This document shows, in pieces, positions 1-8,214 of a stretch of DNA of 64,000 bases. The notes under the pieces were generated by a model. It was not told the origin of the DNA. It ran no database searches and saw nothing but the letters and a program-made list of their open reading frames with translations. The DNA lies in NCBI GenBank assembly GCA_035358815.1, contig DAOPQC010000001.1, forward strand, positions 22,100 through 86,099, in the 5' to 3' direction. The position numbers were made by a program, and so were the translations under genes. Position 1 is the first letter of the stretch. Each line of letters opens with the position of its first letter. The stretch is from Thermoanaerobaculales bacterium (GTDB lineage: Bacteria; Acidobacteriota; Thermoanaerobaculia; Thermoanaerobaculales; Sulfomarinibacteraceae).

Positions 1-414
1 GTGGGCACCGGCCCGCAGCTGCGCCGGCTTCGGCGGTTCGCCGGCAGTCACGTCCGCTTCCGCGGCTGGCTGCAGCGCGGCGAGCTGCGCGAGGCCTACC
101 GCAGCGCCGCGGCCGTGCTGGTGCCGAACATCGAGGACTTCGGCATGGCGTCGGTCGAGGCCCTGGCGTGCGGGACCCCGGTGGTCGGCATCGCGGCGTC
201 CGGGACGGCCGATGTTGTGCGCGACGGGATCGAGGGCCGGCTCGCCGGGGAGAACTCGGTCGACGCGCTGGTCGAGGCGACGGCGGGCGCCCTCGACCGG
301 GCGTGGGACCCGCTCGAGCTGCGCCAGCGCACCGAAGGGTTCTCGCGCACCGCCTTCCAGCTGAGGTTCCGCTATCTGCTCGACCGGCTCGAGCTCGGTG
401 GGGGACGGGGATGA
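1..414 (+). CDS. Glycosyltransferase family 1 (GT-B, GT4-like), C-terminal fragment; 5' end lies outside the window
   Basis: The ORF is open at the window start. It carries the C-terminal GT1 motif 'EDFGMASVEALACGTPVVG...DGIEG'. Its stop overlaps the next start (ATGA at 411-414). Confidence 0.8.
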   Translation: MGTGPQLRRLRRFAGSHVRFRGWLQRGELREAYRSAAAVLVPNIEDFGMASVEALACGTPVVGIAASGTADVVRDGIEGRLAGENSVDALVEATAGALDRAWDPLELRQRTEGFSRTAFQLRFRYLLDRLELGGGRG

Positions 415-1811
415 TCCAGCGGCGGCGCCAGATCGAGGCGCTGATCAAGCTCGCGGGCGACGTCGTCGCCACGGCGGCTGCCGTCATGGTGGCCTACTGG
501 CTGCGCTTCGAGGTCCAGGTCCAGCCGGTCACCAAGGGGCTGCCGCCGATCGAGCCATACCTGCGCCTGCTGCCGGCGGTGGTCGTGCTGTGGCCCGTCG
601 TCTTCTACTTCCAGGGCCTGTACCACAGGCGCCGCATGCTGTCGCGCGCGGACGAGGCGGTGCGGGTCGCGCTGGCGGTGCTGCTCGCGACCGTGCTGCT
701 GACCGCGGGCCTCACCTTCTACCGCGATTTCTCCTACTCGCGGCTGTTCCTGGCCATGTTCGCCGCCGTCGACGCCGTGCTGGTGACCGGCACCAGGCTG
801 GCGATCCGCGCCGCCCTCGGCCGCATCCGGCGCTCGGGCGGCAACCTGCAGCAGGTGCTGGTGGCGGGTGCCGGGGATCTCGGCCGCGAGGTCGTGGAGC
901 GCCTGCGCGAGCACCGGGAGCTCGGCTTCAAGGTGGTCGGGTTCCTCGACGACGACCCCGGCAAGCAGCAGCGGAAGATCCATGGGGTCCAGGTCCTCGG
1001 CACCATCCAGGATCTCGAGGCCGTGGTCGCGCAGCATGCGGTCGACCAGCTGTTGATCGCGCTGCCCCTGAGCGCCCACCAGCGCACGGTCCAGCTCATC
1101 CGGCAGGCCGGCCAGCTGCTGCTCGAGGTGAAGGTGGTGCCGGACCTGCTGCAGTACTACGTGCTGCGCGCCGGCGTCGAGGACCTCGACGGGCTGCCGG
1201 TCATCAACCTCAGCCAGATCCCGCTCGACGGCTGGAACCAGATCGTCAAGCGGACCTTCGACATCACCGTGGCCGTGCTCGCGCTGCTGCTCACCGGCTG
1301 GATGTTCCCGATCATCGCCTGGCTCATCAAGCGCGAGGACGGCGGGCCGGTGCTCTTCACCCAGGTCCGCACCGGCATGGACGGGCGCTCGTTCCGGCTC
1401 TACAAGTTCCGCTCGATGCGAGTCGACGCGTCGGCCAACGGGCAGGCGCAGTGGACGCGGGCGCGCGACCCCCGGATCACCCGGATCGGCGCGGTGCTGC
1501 GCCGCTTCAACCTCGACGAGCTGCCGCAGCTCCTCAACGTCGTGGTCGGCGACATGTCGCTGGTCGGCCCGCGGCCCGAGCAGCCGGAGTACGTCGAGCG
1601 GTTCCGCGCCCGCTACCCGGAGTACAACACGCGGCACCTGGTGCGGTCGGGCATCACCGGCTGGGCGCAGGTCAACGGCCTGCGCGGCGACACCTCGATC
1701 CGGCAGCGGATGGTGCACGACCTCTACTACATCCAGAACTGGAGCTTCGCGCTCGACCTGCGGATCCTGTGGCGGACGCTGCGGCTCGCGGTGGGCGATG
1801 CCAGGGGGTAG
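411..1811 (+). CDS. Polyprenyl-phosphate hexose-1-phosphate transferase (WbaP/EpsL-type priming sugar transferase)
   Basis: The ATG at 411 is within the 168..1811 ORF. The protein has N-terminal TM helices, a central 'VLVAGAGDLGREV' Rossmann-like segment, and bacterial sugar-transferase motifs 'FRLYKFRSM' and 'DELPQLLNVVVGDMSLVGPRP'. Confidence 0.9.
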   Translation: MIQRRRQIEALIKLAGDVVATAAAVMVAYWLRFEVQVQPVTKGLPPIEPYLRLLPAVVVLWPVVFYFQGLYHRRRMLSRADEAVRVALAVLLATVLLTAGLTFYRDFSYSRLFLAMFAAVDAVLVTGTRLAIRAALGRIRRSGGNLQQVLVAGAGDLGREVVERLREHRELGFKVVGFLDDDPGKQQRKIHGVQVLGTIQDLEAVVAQHAVDQLLIALPLSAHQRTVQLIRQAGQLLLEVKVVPDLLQYYVLRAGVEDLDGLPVINLSQIPLDGWNQIVKRTFDITVAVLALLLTGWMFPIIAWLIKREDGGPVLFTQVRTGMDGRSFRLYKFRSMRVDASANGQAQWTRARDPRITRIGAVLRRFNLDELPQLLNVVVGDMSLVGPRPEQPEYVERFRARYPEYNTRHLVRSGITGWAQVNGLRGDTSIRQRMVHDLYYIQNWSFALDLRILWRTLRLAVGDARG

Positions 1812-2175
1812 GGGATAAGATCGAGGATCTAGGATCTAGGATCTGGGGCGCCCACCCGCGCTTGTCACGGCGTAGTGCAGAGCACGAAGCCGGATCCGTT
1901 CCCGTTTCCGAGAAGACCCGCTTCCGCGCCCGCTTCCGCTTCCGCGCCCGAACCCCGCCCGAACGCCGCCCGACCAGCATCTGGGATTTGGGGGATAGAA
2001 TCTCGCCCCACCCGTCCGCTTCCGCTTCAGAACTCAACCCGAAGAAGCTCGCCTCAGCTCACGCCTCGCGTATCCCCAGCCAGCGGGATGCCTTGCTGTC
2101 GAGTCAGCTTCTGGACGGACCACGGCATCCGGGCGCGGGCGCGGAAGCGGGCACGGAAGCGGAAGCGGAAGAGGG
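1812..2175. repeat. Composite intergenic repeat block (convergent gene ends)
   Basis: (GGATCTA)3 at 1825-1848. The TGTCACGGCGTAGTGCAGAGCACGAAGCCGGATCCGTTCCCGTT box at 1863-1925 is about 95% identical to 5816-5877. The C-rich arm (CGCTTC/CGCGCC)n at 1917-1950 is inverted relative to the G-rich arm (GCGGAA/GCGGGC)n at 2131-2172. Confidence 0.85.
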
Positions 2176-3309
2176 TTATGCCCTGGCCGTTGCTTCCGCG
2201 ACGACCCGCGCGAGCACCGCATCCCACGCCTCGACGACCGGCTCCCAGCGCAGGGACGGGGCGCGGGCCGCGGCGCGCCGCCGCAGCTCGGCGGTGACCT
2301 CGGGCTCGAGCGCCCGGCCGATCGCCGCCGCCAGCGCCGCCGGGTCGCCCGGCGGCGTGAACAGCGCGGCGTCGCCTGCGGCCTCGCGCAGCGCCGGGAT
2401 GTCGGAGGCGACCGCCGGCGTGGAGCACGAGATCGCCTCGGCGAGCGGCAGGCCGAAGCCCTCGACCTCGGAGGCGAGCACGAAGGCCTCGGCGTGGCGC
2501 AGCAGCTCGCGCGCCTGCTCGCGGCTGACGTAGCCGGGAAGGTGGATGTGGCGCCGCGCGGGTGAGCTCTCGATGGCGGCCATGATCGGAGCGACGCCCC
2601 AGCCGGGCGCGCCGGCGATGACGAGCTCCGGCGGGTCGGAGAGCCGGCCGCGCAGCTGCTCATACGCGCGCACCAGGGTGCCGATGCCCTTGCGGGGCTC
2701 GAGCGTTCCCAAATGGAGGAGGTAGCGCAGTCCGCTCGCGAACCTCTCGCGGGCCGCCGAGCCGTCGTCGCCGCCGGCGGGCGGCGAGAAGGTCGCGTCG
2801 ACGCCGTACGAGATGTGTGCGAGCTTCGATCGCACGAACGGCAGGTGCTCGAGCAGCGCGGCCTCGGTGGCGGCCGAGCCGGCGACCACGACCGCGGCGC
2901 GCTCCAACGACTCCTCGAGGTAGGCGTTGAAGCAGAAGCGGTTGGCCAGGGTGTGGCGGTGGGGGTGGGTGCGGGGCGTGATGTCGTGGACCATCGCGAC
3001 CGCCGGCACCGGGCAACGCCGCGGGACCACCGCGAGGGAGGCGATGAACACGTCGGCGCCGCTGCGGGCGAGCTCGCGCGGCAGCAGGGTGTGGAGCCAG
3101 AGCGTGCCGGGAATCGGCGGCCGCGGCGGGGGCAGCTGCCGGACCCCGGCTGTGCGGAGCTCCTCCGGCAGCTCGAACGCCCGCGACGCGGCCAGGCTGA
3201 CGGTCCGTCCCTGGCGCCGCGCCAGGCCCGCGGCGACCTCGGTCAGCCAGGTGGCGACCCCGGTGCGGCGGCCGACCAGGGAGCGGGCGTCACACGCGAT
3301 ATTCATCAT
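2176..3309 (-). CDS. Glycosyltransferase family 1 (GT4-like)
   Basis: I chose the internal ATG pair at 3309/3306 (MMNIACDARSL...) of ORF 2176..3588. The GT1 motif 'EVEGFGLPLAEAISCSTPAVASDIPALRE' is present. The gene overlaps the upstream GT gene by 20 nt, which suggests an operon. Confidence 0.8.
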   Translation of the reverse strand: MMNIACDARSLVGRRTGVATWLTEVAAGLARRQGRTVSLAASRAFELPEELRTAGVRQLPPPRPPIPGTLWLHTLLPRELARSGADVFIASLAVVPRRCPVPAVAMVHDITPRTHPHRHTLANRFCFNAYLEESLERAAVVVAGSAATEAALLEHLPFVRSKLAHISYGVDATFSPPAGGDDGSAARERFASGLRYLLHLGTLEPRKGIGTLVRAYEQLRGRLSDPPELVIAGAPGWGVAPIMAAIESSPARRHIHLPGYVSREQARELLRHAEAFVLASEVEGFGLPLAEAISCSTPAVASDIPALREAAGDAALFTPPGDPAALAAAIGRALEPEVTAELRRRAAARAPSLRWEPVVEAWDAVLARVVAEATARA

Positions 3310-4609
3310 CGGCTCCGCTGTCGCGGCCTCCCGCCTGGAGAAGAGCCGCGCTGGTGGCAGCGGCCGCGCGGTTCCACGAGAACTTCGCGGCGCGCTCGCG
3401 GCCGAGCCGGACCAGGCGCTCACGCAGCTCGGGATCGCCGAGCAGCGAGGCGATTCCCGCTGCGATGTCGCGGGGGCTCGCCGGGTCGACGTAGACCGCG
3501 GCCGGTCCGGCGACCTCGGCCATCGCCGAGCAGCCCGAGGTGACCACCGGCGTGCCGCAGGCCATGGCCTCGAGCAGCGGCAGGCCAAAGCCCTCGATCC
3601 ACGACGGGAAGAGCAGCGCGTCGGCGCCCCGGTAGAGGCCGGGCAGCTCGCCGCGCTCGACGTAGTCGAGGTGCAGGATGCGGTCGCGCACCGGCGAGGA
3701 GTCGAGGGCGCGGCGGATCGCCTCGGTGCGCCACCCCCAGCGGCCGACCAGCACGAGGTGGCCGGCGTAGCCCGCCTGGGCGGCGAGCTCGAAGGCCCCG
3801 AGCACGCCCTCGACGTTCTTGCGCGGCTCCAGCGTGGACACGAACAGCAGGTAGCGAGCCGGCAGCTCGGGACCGGCGCCGGCAGCCTGATGCTCGCGGG
3901 CGAACGCAGGGTCGAGGCCCTCGTGGATGGTGTGGATCCGGCGCCGGTTTGCCGAGAGCCGGCTCGCGAGCTCGCCGGCGGTGGCCTCGGACACCGCGAT
4001 CAGCCGGTCGGCGCGGAACAGGGTCGCCGGGAGGTGGGCGTGGAGCAGGCGCAGCGTGTCCGGGGCCACCGTCTCCGGCATCGCCGCGAAGGCGAGGTCG
4101 TGGACCGTGGCGACTATGGCGCGGCCGAACGGCAGCTGGCGGGCGGGCATGAAGAAGTTGGGCGCCCACAGCACGTCGTTGCTGTCGAGCACCCGCAGCA
4201 CCGGCTCGACGAGGAAGCGCAGCGCGGCGAGCGTCGGCCCGACCGGCAGCAGCAGGTCGGGAGGCAGGTGGTGGGCGCGCAGGCGCAGGTTGCGGCGTCC
4301 CGGCGTCGCCGGCGCCGGCGGGTCGCCGGGCGCCAGGAAGGTGTGGGCGTAGAGGTTGAAGACGAGACTGTCGTCGCGGCGGTCGAGGGCCTCGAGCAGA
4401 TTCCACTCGTACCAGCCGACCCCGGTCAGGCGCTCGGTGAAGGGGAAGACGTCGACCCCGACCACGAGCTCGCCACCGCCCTCGGCGAGCCGGCGGTGGA
4501 AGCGCTGCCAGCGCGTCCGGAAGGTCCCGGCGAGGTCGCGAGCCACATGTCCGAAGAAGCGCAGTGTCGAGCGCAGCGAGCGCGACATGGCGAGGACATG
4601 GTAGCGCAC
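3290..4609 (-). CDS. Glycosyltransferase family 1 (GT4-like)
   Basis: 440-codon ORF with motif 'PSWIEGFGLPLLEAMACGTPVVTSGCSAMAEV'. The start could instead be the ATG at 4588. Confidence 0.8.
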   Translation of the reverse strand: MRYHVLAMSRSLRSTLRFFGHVARDLAGTFRTRWQRFHRRLAEGGGELVVGVDVFPFTERLTGVGWYEWNLLEALDRRDDSLVFNLYAHTFLAPGDPPAPATPGRRNLRLRAHHLPPDLLLPVGPTLAALRFLVEPVLRVLDSNDVLWAPNFFMPARQLPFGRAIVATVHDLAFAAMPETVAPDTLRLLHAHLPATLFRADRLIAVSEATAGELASRLSANRRRIHTIHEGLDPAFAREHQAAGAGPELPARYLLFVSTLEPRKNVEGVLGAFELAAQAGYAGHLVLVGRWGWRTEAIRRALDSSPVRDRILHLDYVERGELPGLYRGADALLFPSWIEGFGLPLLEAMACGTPVVTSGCSAMAEVAGPAAVYVDPASPRDIAAGIASLLGDPELRERLVRLGRERAAKFSWNRAAAATSAALLQAGGRDSGADDEYRV

Positions 4610-4639
4610 GCTCGTCGTGACTCGGTCGCCGGCTCACCG

Positions 4640-4930
4640 CCCGCTTGCGCGTGCGAAGGAGATCGCTGCGTCGGGGCGCGGGCGCGGAAGCGGGAGGGGA
4701 AGTGCGGAGTTCGGTGCCTGGCACCATTGTGCCCGGGAGTGGAAGAGCGGAGTTCGGTGCCTGGCACCATTGTGTGTGCTTCCGCCTCCGAGCCTGGATG
4801 AAGACTCCGAGGTCGTGTCGAATATCCGGGCGCCGGAGTTGATCGAGACATTTCGGGAGCGGGAACGGGAGCGGGAACGGGTGGGGGCTATCCCCCAAGC
4901 CCCAGCCCCTATCCCCTGGAAGGGAGGGCG
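4640..4930. repeat. Composite intergenic repeat block
   Basis: (GCGGGC/GCGGAA) run at 4676-4700. Two copies of GCGGAGTTCGGTGCCTGGCACCATTGTG (4704-4731 and 4747-4774). G3-tract hexamers at 4855-4887. Confidence 0.85.
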
Positions 4931-4945
4931 GCGTACCATTCCGTC

Positions 4946-5791
4946 ATGAGCGAGATCGTCCTCGAGCGGAGAGAAGGCCCGGTCCTGGTGCTCACCCTGA
5001 ACGATCCGGAGCGGGCCAACCCGCTGTCGGCGGCACTCGCCGATCGCCTGTACCGCGCCCTGGCGGAAGCGGCCGAAGACGCGACGGTGCGTGCGGTCGT
5101 GTTGACCGGAGCCGGCCGGCACTTCTCGGCCGGCGCCGACCTCGCGGCTCTCGAGCGGCTCGCCGAGGGCGGCACCGAGGCCGACAACCGGGAGGACTCG
5201 GAGCGGCTGGAGCGGCTCTACGCCGAGCTGCTCGACCACCCCAAGCTGACCGTGGCGGCGGTCCACGGCGCGGCGATCGGCGGCGGTTGCGGCCTGGCGA
5301 CGGCCTGCGACCTGGTGATCGCCGAACGGAGCGCGCGCTTCGGCTACACCGAGCTCACGATCGGTTTCATCCCGGCGCTGGTGTCGACCTTCCTGACCCG
5401 CCGGGTCCCAGGTCACGTGGCCCGCCGGCTGCTGCTCGACCCCGGGCTGGTGGACGGCGAGCGGGCCGTCGCGCTGGGGCTGGCGGACGAGCTGGTCGAC
5501 GACGGCGCAGCGATCGAGGCCGCGATCGAGCGCGCGCGGTCGATCGCGCACCGCAGTTCGGGTGCTGCCCTCGCCGCCACCAAGAGGCTGCTCAACCTGA
5601 CCGTCGGCATGGGCTGGCGGGACGCTCTCATGGCGGCGTCGCGGGCCAACGTCCAGCAGCGACGGCACCCGGACTGCCGGCACGGCGTGCGCACCTTCCT
5701 CGCCACCAAGTCGACGCCGGACTGGCTCGCGGAGGGGGGCGAGAAGGCGGAGTCGGTGCCGAAGGACGAGGATCTGGGATCTGGGGAATAG
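4946..5791 (+). CDS. Enoyl-CoA hydratase/isomerase (crotonase) family protein
   Basis: Crotonase motifs 'VVLTGAGRHFSAGADL' and 'AAVHGAAIGGGCGLATACD'. Confidence 0.85.
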   Translation: MSEIVLERREGPVLVLTLNDPERANPLSAALADRLYRALAEAAEDATVRAVVLTGAGRHFSAGADLAALERLAEGGTEADNREDSERLERLYAELLDHPKLTVAAVHGAAIGGGCGLATACDLVIAERSARFGYTELTIGFIPALVSTFLTRRVPGHVARRLLLDPGLVDGERAVALGLADELVDDGAAIEAAIERARSIAHRSSGAALAATKRLLNLTVGMGWRDALMAASRANVQQRRHPDCRHGVRTFLATKSTPDWLAEGGEKAESVPKDEDLGSGE

Positions 5792-6125
5792 GGTCCAGCC
5801 CCACCGGCCCGCTCGTGTCACGGCGTCGTGCAGAGCACGAAGCCGGATCCGTTCCCGTTCCCGAGACGACCCGCCCGCTTCCGCTTCCGCGGGCAGCCAG
5901 GATGGCTACCCCACAACGCCCGGGTGTCGTTCCCGTCCCCGTTCCCGTTCCCGCTCCCGTCCCCGTCTCTCACAGGAAACGGTGCCAGGCACCGAACTCC
6001 GCACCTCCGCTTCGGCCTCCGAAATGGTGCCAGGCACCGAACTCCGCACCTCCGCTTCGGCTTCCGGATCCGCTCCCGTTCCCGGGCGCGTCTCTTCTTG
6101 GAGCGGTCTCATGGTGTGGAGGTCA
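5792..6125. repeat. Composite intergenic repeat block, roughly the reverse complement of 4640-4930
   Basis: GATC heptamers at 5768-5785. TGTCACGGCGT box at 5816-5877. (CGTTCC/CGTCCC)n at 5928-5968. Two copies of GGTGCCAGGCACCGAACTCCGCACCTCCGCTTCGG (5981-6015 and 6026-6060). Confidence 0.85.
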
Positions 6126-6132
6126 AGTAACC

Positions 6133-6221
6133 GGACCGCGGAGGGCGCCGAGAACGCGGAGAAGGATCAACCGATTGTGCGCCCTGGCCTCAGCGCTCTC
6201 GGCGCTCTCAGCGGTTCACGT
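6133..6221 (-). repeat. ~90-nt hairpin-forming repeat element (GTGAACCGC...GCGGTTC type), copy 1
   Basis: Its reverse complement aligns along its length with 50297-50388 and 53482-53572. The termini GTGAACCGCTGAGAGCGC and GGCGCCCTCCGCGGT(T)C are inverted. Confidence 0.8.
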
Positions 6222-6320
6222 GGGGTGGGAGTGCGAGACGACCCGCGCCTGCCTCCGAGATCGTTCCCGAAGCGCCAGTCTGCTTGATGCCGCGATGCGG
6301 CGAGCATACAATCCGCCGCC

Positions 6321-6974
6321 ATGGCCGGCCGACCAGCACGTCCGCGTCGCGGCGAGGAGATCGCCAGCGCCGTCACCCACGGCCTCGGCGCCGCCGCGTC
6401 GGTCGCCGGCTTGGCCGTGCTCGTCGTGGCCGCGGCGGGGCGAGGCGACGCGTGGCACGTTGTGAGCGTCAGCGTCTTCGGTGCGACGCTGGTCCTGCTC
6501 TACGCCGCGTCCACCCTCTACCACGGCCTCCCGCTCGGCCGGGCCAAGGCGGTCTTCCGGGTGCTCGATCACAGCGCGATCTACCTGCTCATTGCCGGCA
6601 CCTACACCCCGTTCGCCCTGGTCAGCCTGCGCGGTCCGTGGGGCTGGTCCCTGTTCGGCGTGATCTGGGGCTGTGCGGTGGCCGGGATCGTGCTCAGGAC
6701 GACGTTCGGTGTGCGCTGGCGGGTCGCGCTGGTCGTCCTCTACGTGGCGATGGGTTGGGCGGGGGTTGTCGCGGTCAGGCCGATGATCGCCGCGATGCCC
6801 GCCCCCGGCATTGCCCTGGTGGCGATGGGGGGCCTGGCCTACACCTCGGGAATCGCGTTCTACGGCTGGCGCCGGCTGCCGTACCACCACGCGGTGTGGC
6901 ACCTGTTCGTGCTCGCGGGCAGCGCGCTCCACTTCCTCGCAGTGCTGCTCTACGTCGTCCCGCGAGGTACGTGA
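6321..6974 (+). CDS. Hemolysin III / PAQR family membrane protein
   Basis: Seven predicted TM segments. Family motifs 'EEIASAVTHGLG', 'YAASTLYH' and 'DHSAIYLLIAGTYTPF', plus the C-terminal 'HHAVWHLFVLAGSALHF'. Confidence 0.85.
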   Translation: MAGRPARPRRGEEIASAVTHGLGAAASVAGLAVLVVAAAGRGDAWHVVSVSVFGATLVLLYAASTLYHGLPLGRAKAVFRVLDHSAIYLLIAGTYTPFALVSLRGPWGWSLFGVIWGCAVAGIVLRTTFGVRWRVALVVLYVAMGWAGVVAVRPMIAAMPAPGIALVAMGGLAYTSGIAFYGWRRLPYHHAVWHLFVLAGSALHFLAVLLYVVPRGT

Positions 6975-7011
6975 GCCCTGACCGGCAGGATGGCCCGGGT
7001 GGCGCCGGCGT

Positions 7012-7728
7012 TCAGCCCAGCCGCCGCGGCCAGTCGAACTCCCGGATCTCGAGCCGCCAGCCGGCGCCCCGGATCGCGACTGCGCCCACCGCCGGCCCTG
7101 GCAGCCGTACCTCGAGCAGCGTCCAGTCGCCGGTGGCAACCGGGACGTCCGCGACGCGAACCAGCGCAGGCCGCTCGGGATCGACCTCGATCGCGGCCAG
7201 CGCCATCGCGATCCCGCTGCCGACCGCCTTGAGGTAGGCCTCCTTGAAGGTCCACAGCGACAGCACGCAGCGCTCACGCTTGTCGGCGGGCTTCGCCTGC
7301 AACCAGCGCTGCTCGGAGGGAGCGAAGAACCTGGCCGCGAAACGCTCGGCCCGCGGGAACGGCCGCAGCGCTTCCACGTCGACCCCGAGCTCACGGTCCG
7401 CGAAGGCGGCCACCGCGAGATCGCCGGAGTGCGCGAGGTTGAAGTGCGGCGCGGCTGCCGTTGGATCGATCAACGCGGGCTTGCCGTGCGGACCGGACGT
7501 GAACGCGAGACGCTGCGGCGGGACGCCGGTGCGCTCGGCGAGCAGGCCGCGCAGCATGGCGTGCGTGGCCACGAAACGCTGCCGCCCCTCCTCCACCCGG
7601 AAGCGATCGGCACGCCGTCTCTCATCGGCATCGAGCAGGCGGAGGAGATCCGGCAGGTCGGGACGCGCCGCGGACACCGAGCCCCACCACAGCTCGACGG
7701 TCGGTCGGGACGGCGGCTGGTCGGACAT
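7012..7728 (-). CDS. 4'-phosphopantetheinyl transferase (Sfp-type)
   Basis: Motifs 'FNLAHSGDLAVAA', 'GVDVE' and 'WTFKEAYLKAVG'. Confidence 0.85.
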   Translation of the reverse strand: MSDQPPSRPTVELWWGSVSAARPDLPDLLRLLDADERRRADRFRVEEGRQRFVATHAMLRGLLAERTGVPPQRLAFTSGPHGKPALIDPTAAAPHFNLAHSGDLAVAAFADRELGVDVEALRPFPRAERFAARFFAPSEQRWLQAKPADKRERCVLSLWTFKEAYLKAVGSGIAMALAAIEVDPERPALVRVADVPVATGDWTLLEVRLPGPAVGAVAIRGAGWRLEIREFDWPRRLG

Positions 7729-7772
7729 GCGGGGATGCTAGCAGAGGGCGGGAGGCTGCTACCCTGGCAGCC

Positions 7773-8195
7773 ATGGACGGCTATCCCTTCTCGTGCCCGA
7801 TCCAGGTCCGCTGGCGGGACGTCGACGCCCTCGGCCACGTCAACAACGCGGTGATCGTGACCTTCCTGGAGACCGCGCGGGCCGAGCTGTGGCGGGAGCG
7901 GTTCGGCGGCGGCACGGCGATCCCGTTCATGGTCGCCCGCCTCGAGGTCGACTACCGCCGGCAGATCTCGCTCGACGACCCGGTGCGGGTCGGCATCAAG
8001 GTCAGCGGCCTGCGCGGGGCCCGCTACAGCTTCGAGTACCGGGTCGAGGCGGGCGGCGAGCTGGCGGCCGAGGCGGTGACGGTGATGGCCCACGTCCGGG
8101 CCGGCGAGCGCCGGCCGTCGCGCATCCCCGACGAGCTGCGCGCCCGCCTCGCAGCCCTCGAGGAAGCTGCCAGCCCCCTGATCCCTGACCCCTGA
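7773..8195 (+). CDS. Acyl-CoA thioesterase, 4HBT/YbgC (hot-dog fold) family
   Basis: N-terminal 'VRWRDVDALGHVNNAVIVTFLETAR', typical of YbgC-like thioesterases. Confidence 0.85.
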   Translation: MDGYPFSCPIQVRWRDVDALGHVNNAVIVTFLETARAELWRERFGGGTAIPFMVARLEVDYRRQISLDDPVRVGIKVSGLRGARYSFEYRVEAGGELAAEAVTVMAHVRAGERRPSRIPDELRARLAALEEAASPLIPDP

Positions 8196-8214
8196 CCGCT
8201 GACCCCCGTCACCC

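Noticed and set aside
1875-2297. Small ORFs sharing the identical N-terminus 'MQSTKPDPFPFPRRPA' (1875..2297 and 5828..6130).
   Set aside because: The shared sequence is the conserved TGTCACGGCGTAGTGCAGAGCACGAAGCCGGATCCGTTCCCG repeat box. Downstream of it the two ORFs diverge completely and are low complexity. This is DNA-level repeat conservation, not a gene family.
398-2533. Very long alternate-frame or antisense ORFs in the track. Examples are 398..2533, 372..1718(-), 2927..4801, 28615..31785(-), 35861..39148(-), 36658..39003, 43385..46042(-), 53642..58030 and 55521..58964(-).
   Set aside because: Their translations are Arg/Pro/Ala/Gly-rich low-complexity strings with no recognisable motifs. 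They overlap genes with clear family signatures in another frame or strand. This is the expected stop-codon-poor shadow-ORF artefact of >70% GC DNA.
4716-4733. Sigma-54-like element CTGGCACCATTGTGC within the palindrome repeats. It also occurs at 4759-4776, and as TGGCACCATTACTGGCA at 59066-59082.
   Set aside because: The GG-to-GC spacing is one nucleotide short of the strict TGGCAC-N5-TTGC geometry. The motif occurs in both orientations, including downstream of genes.
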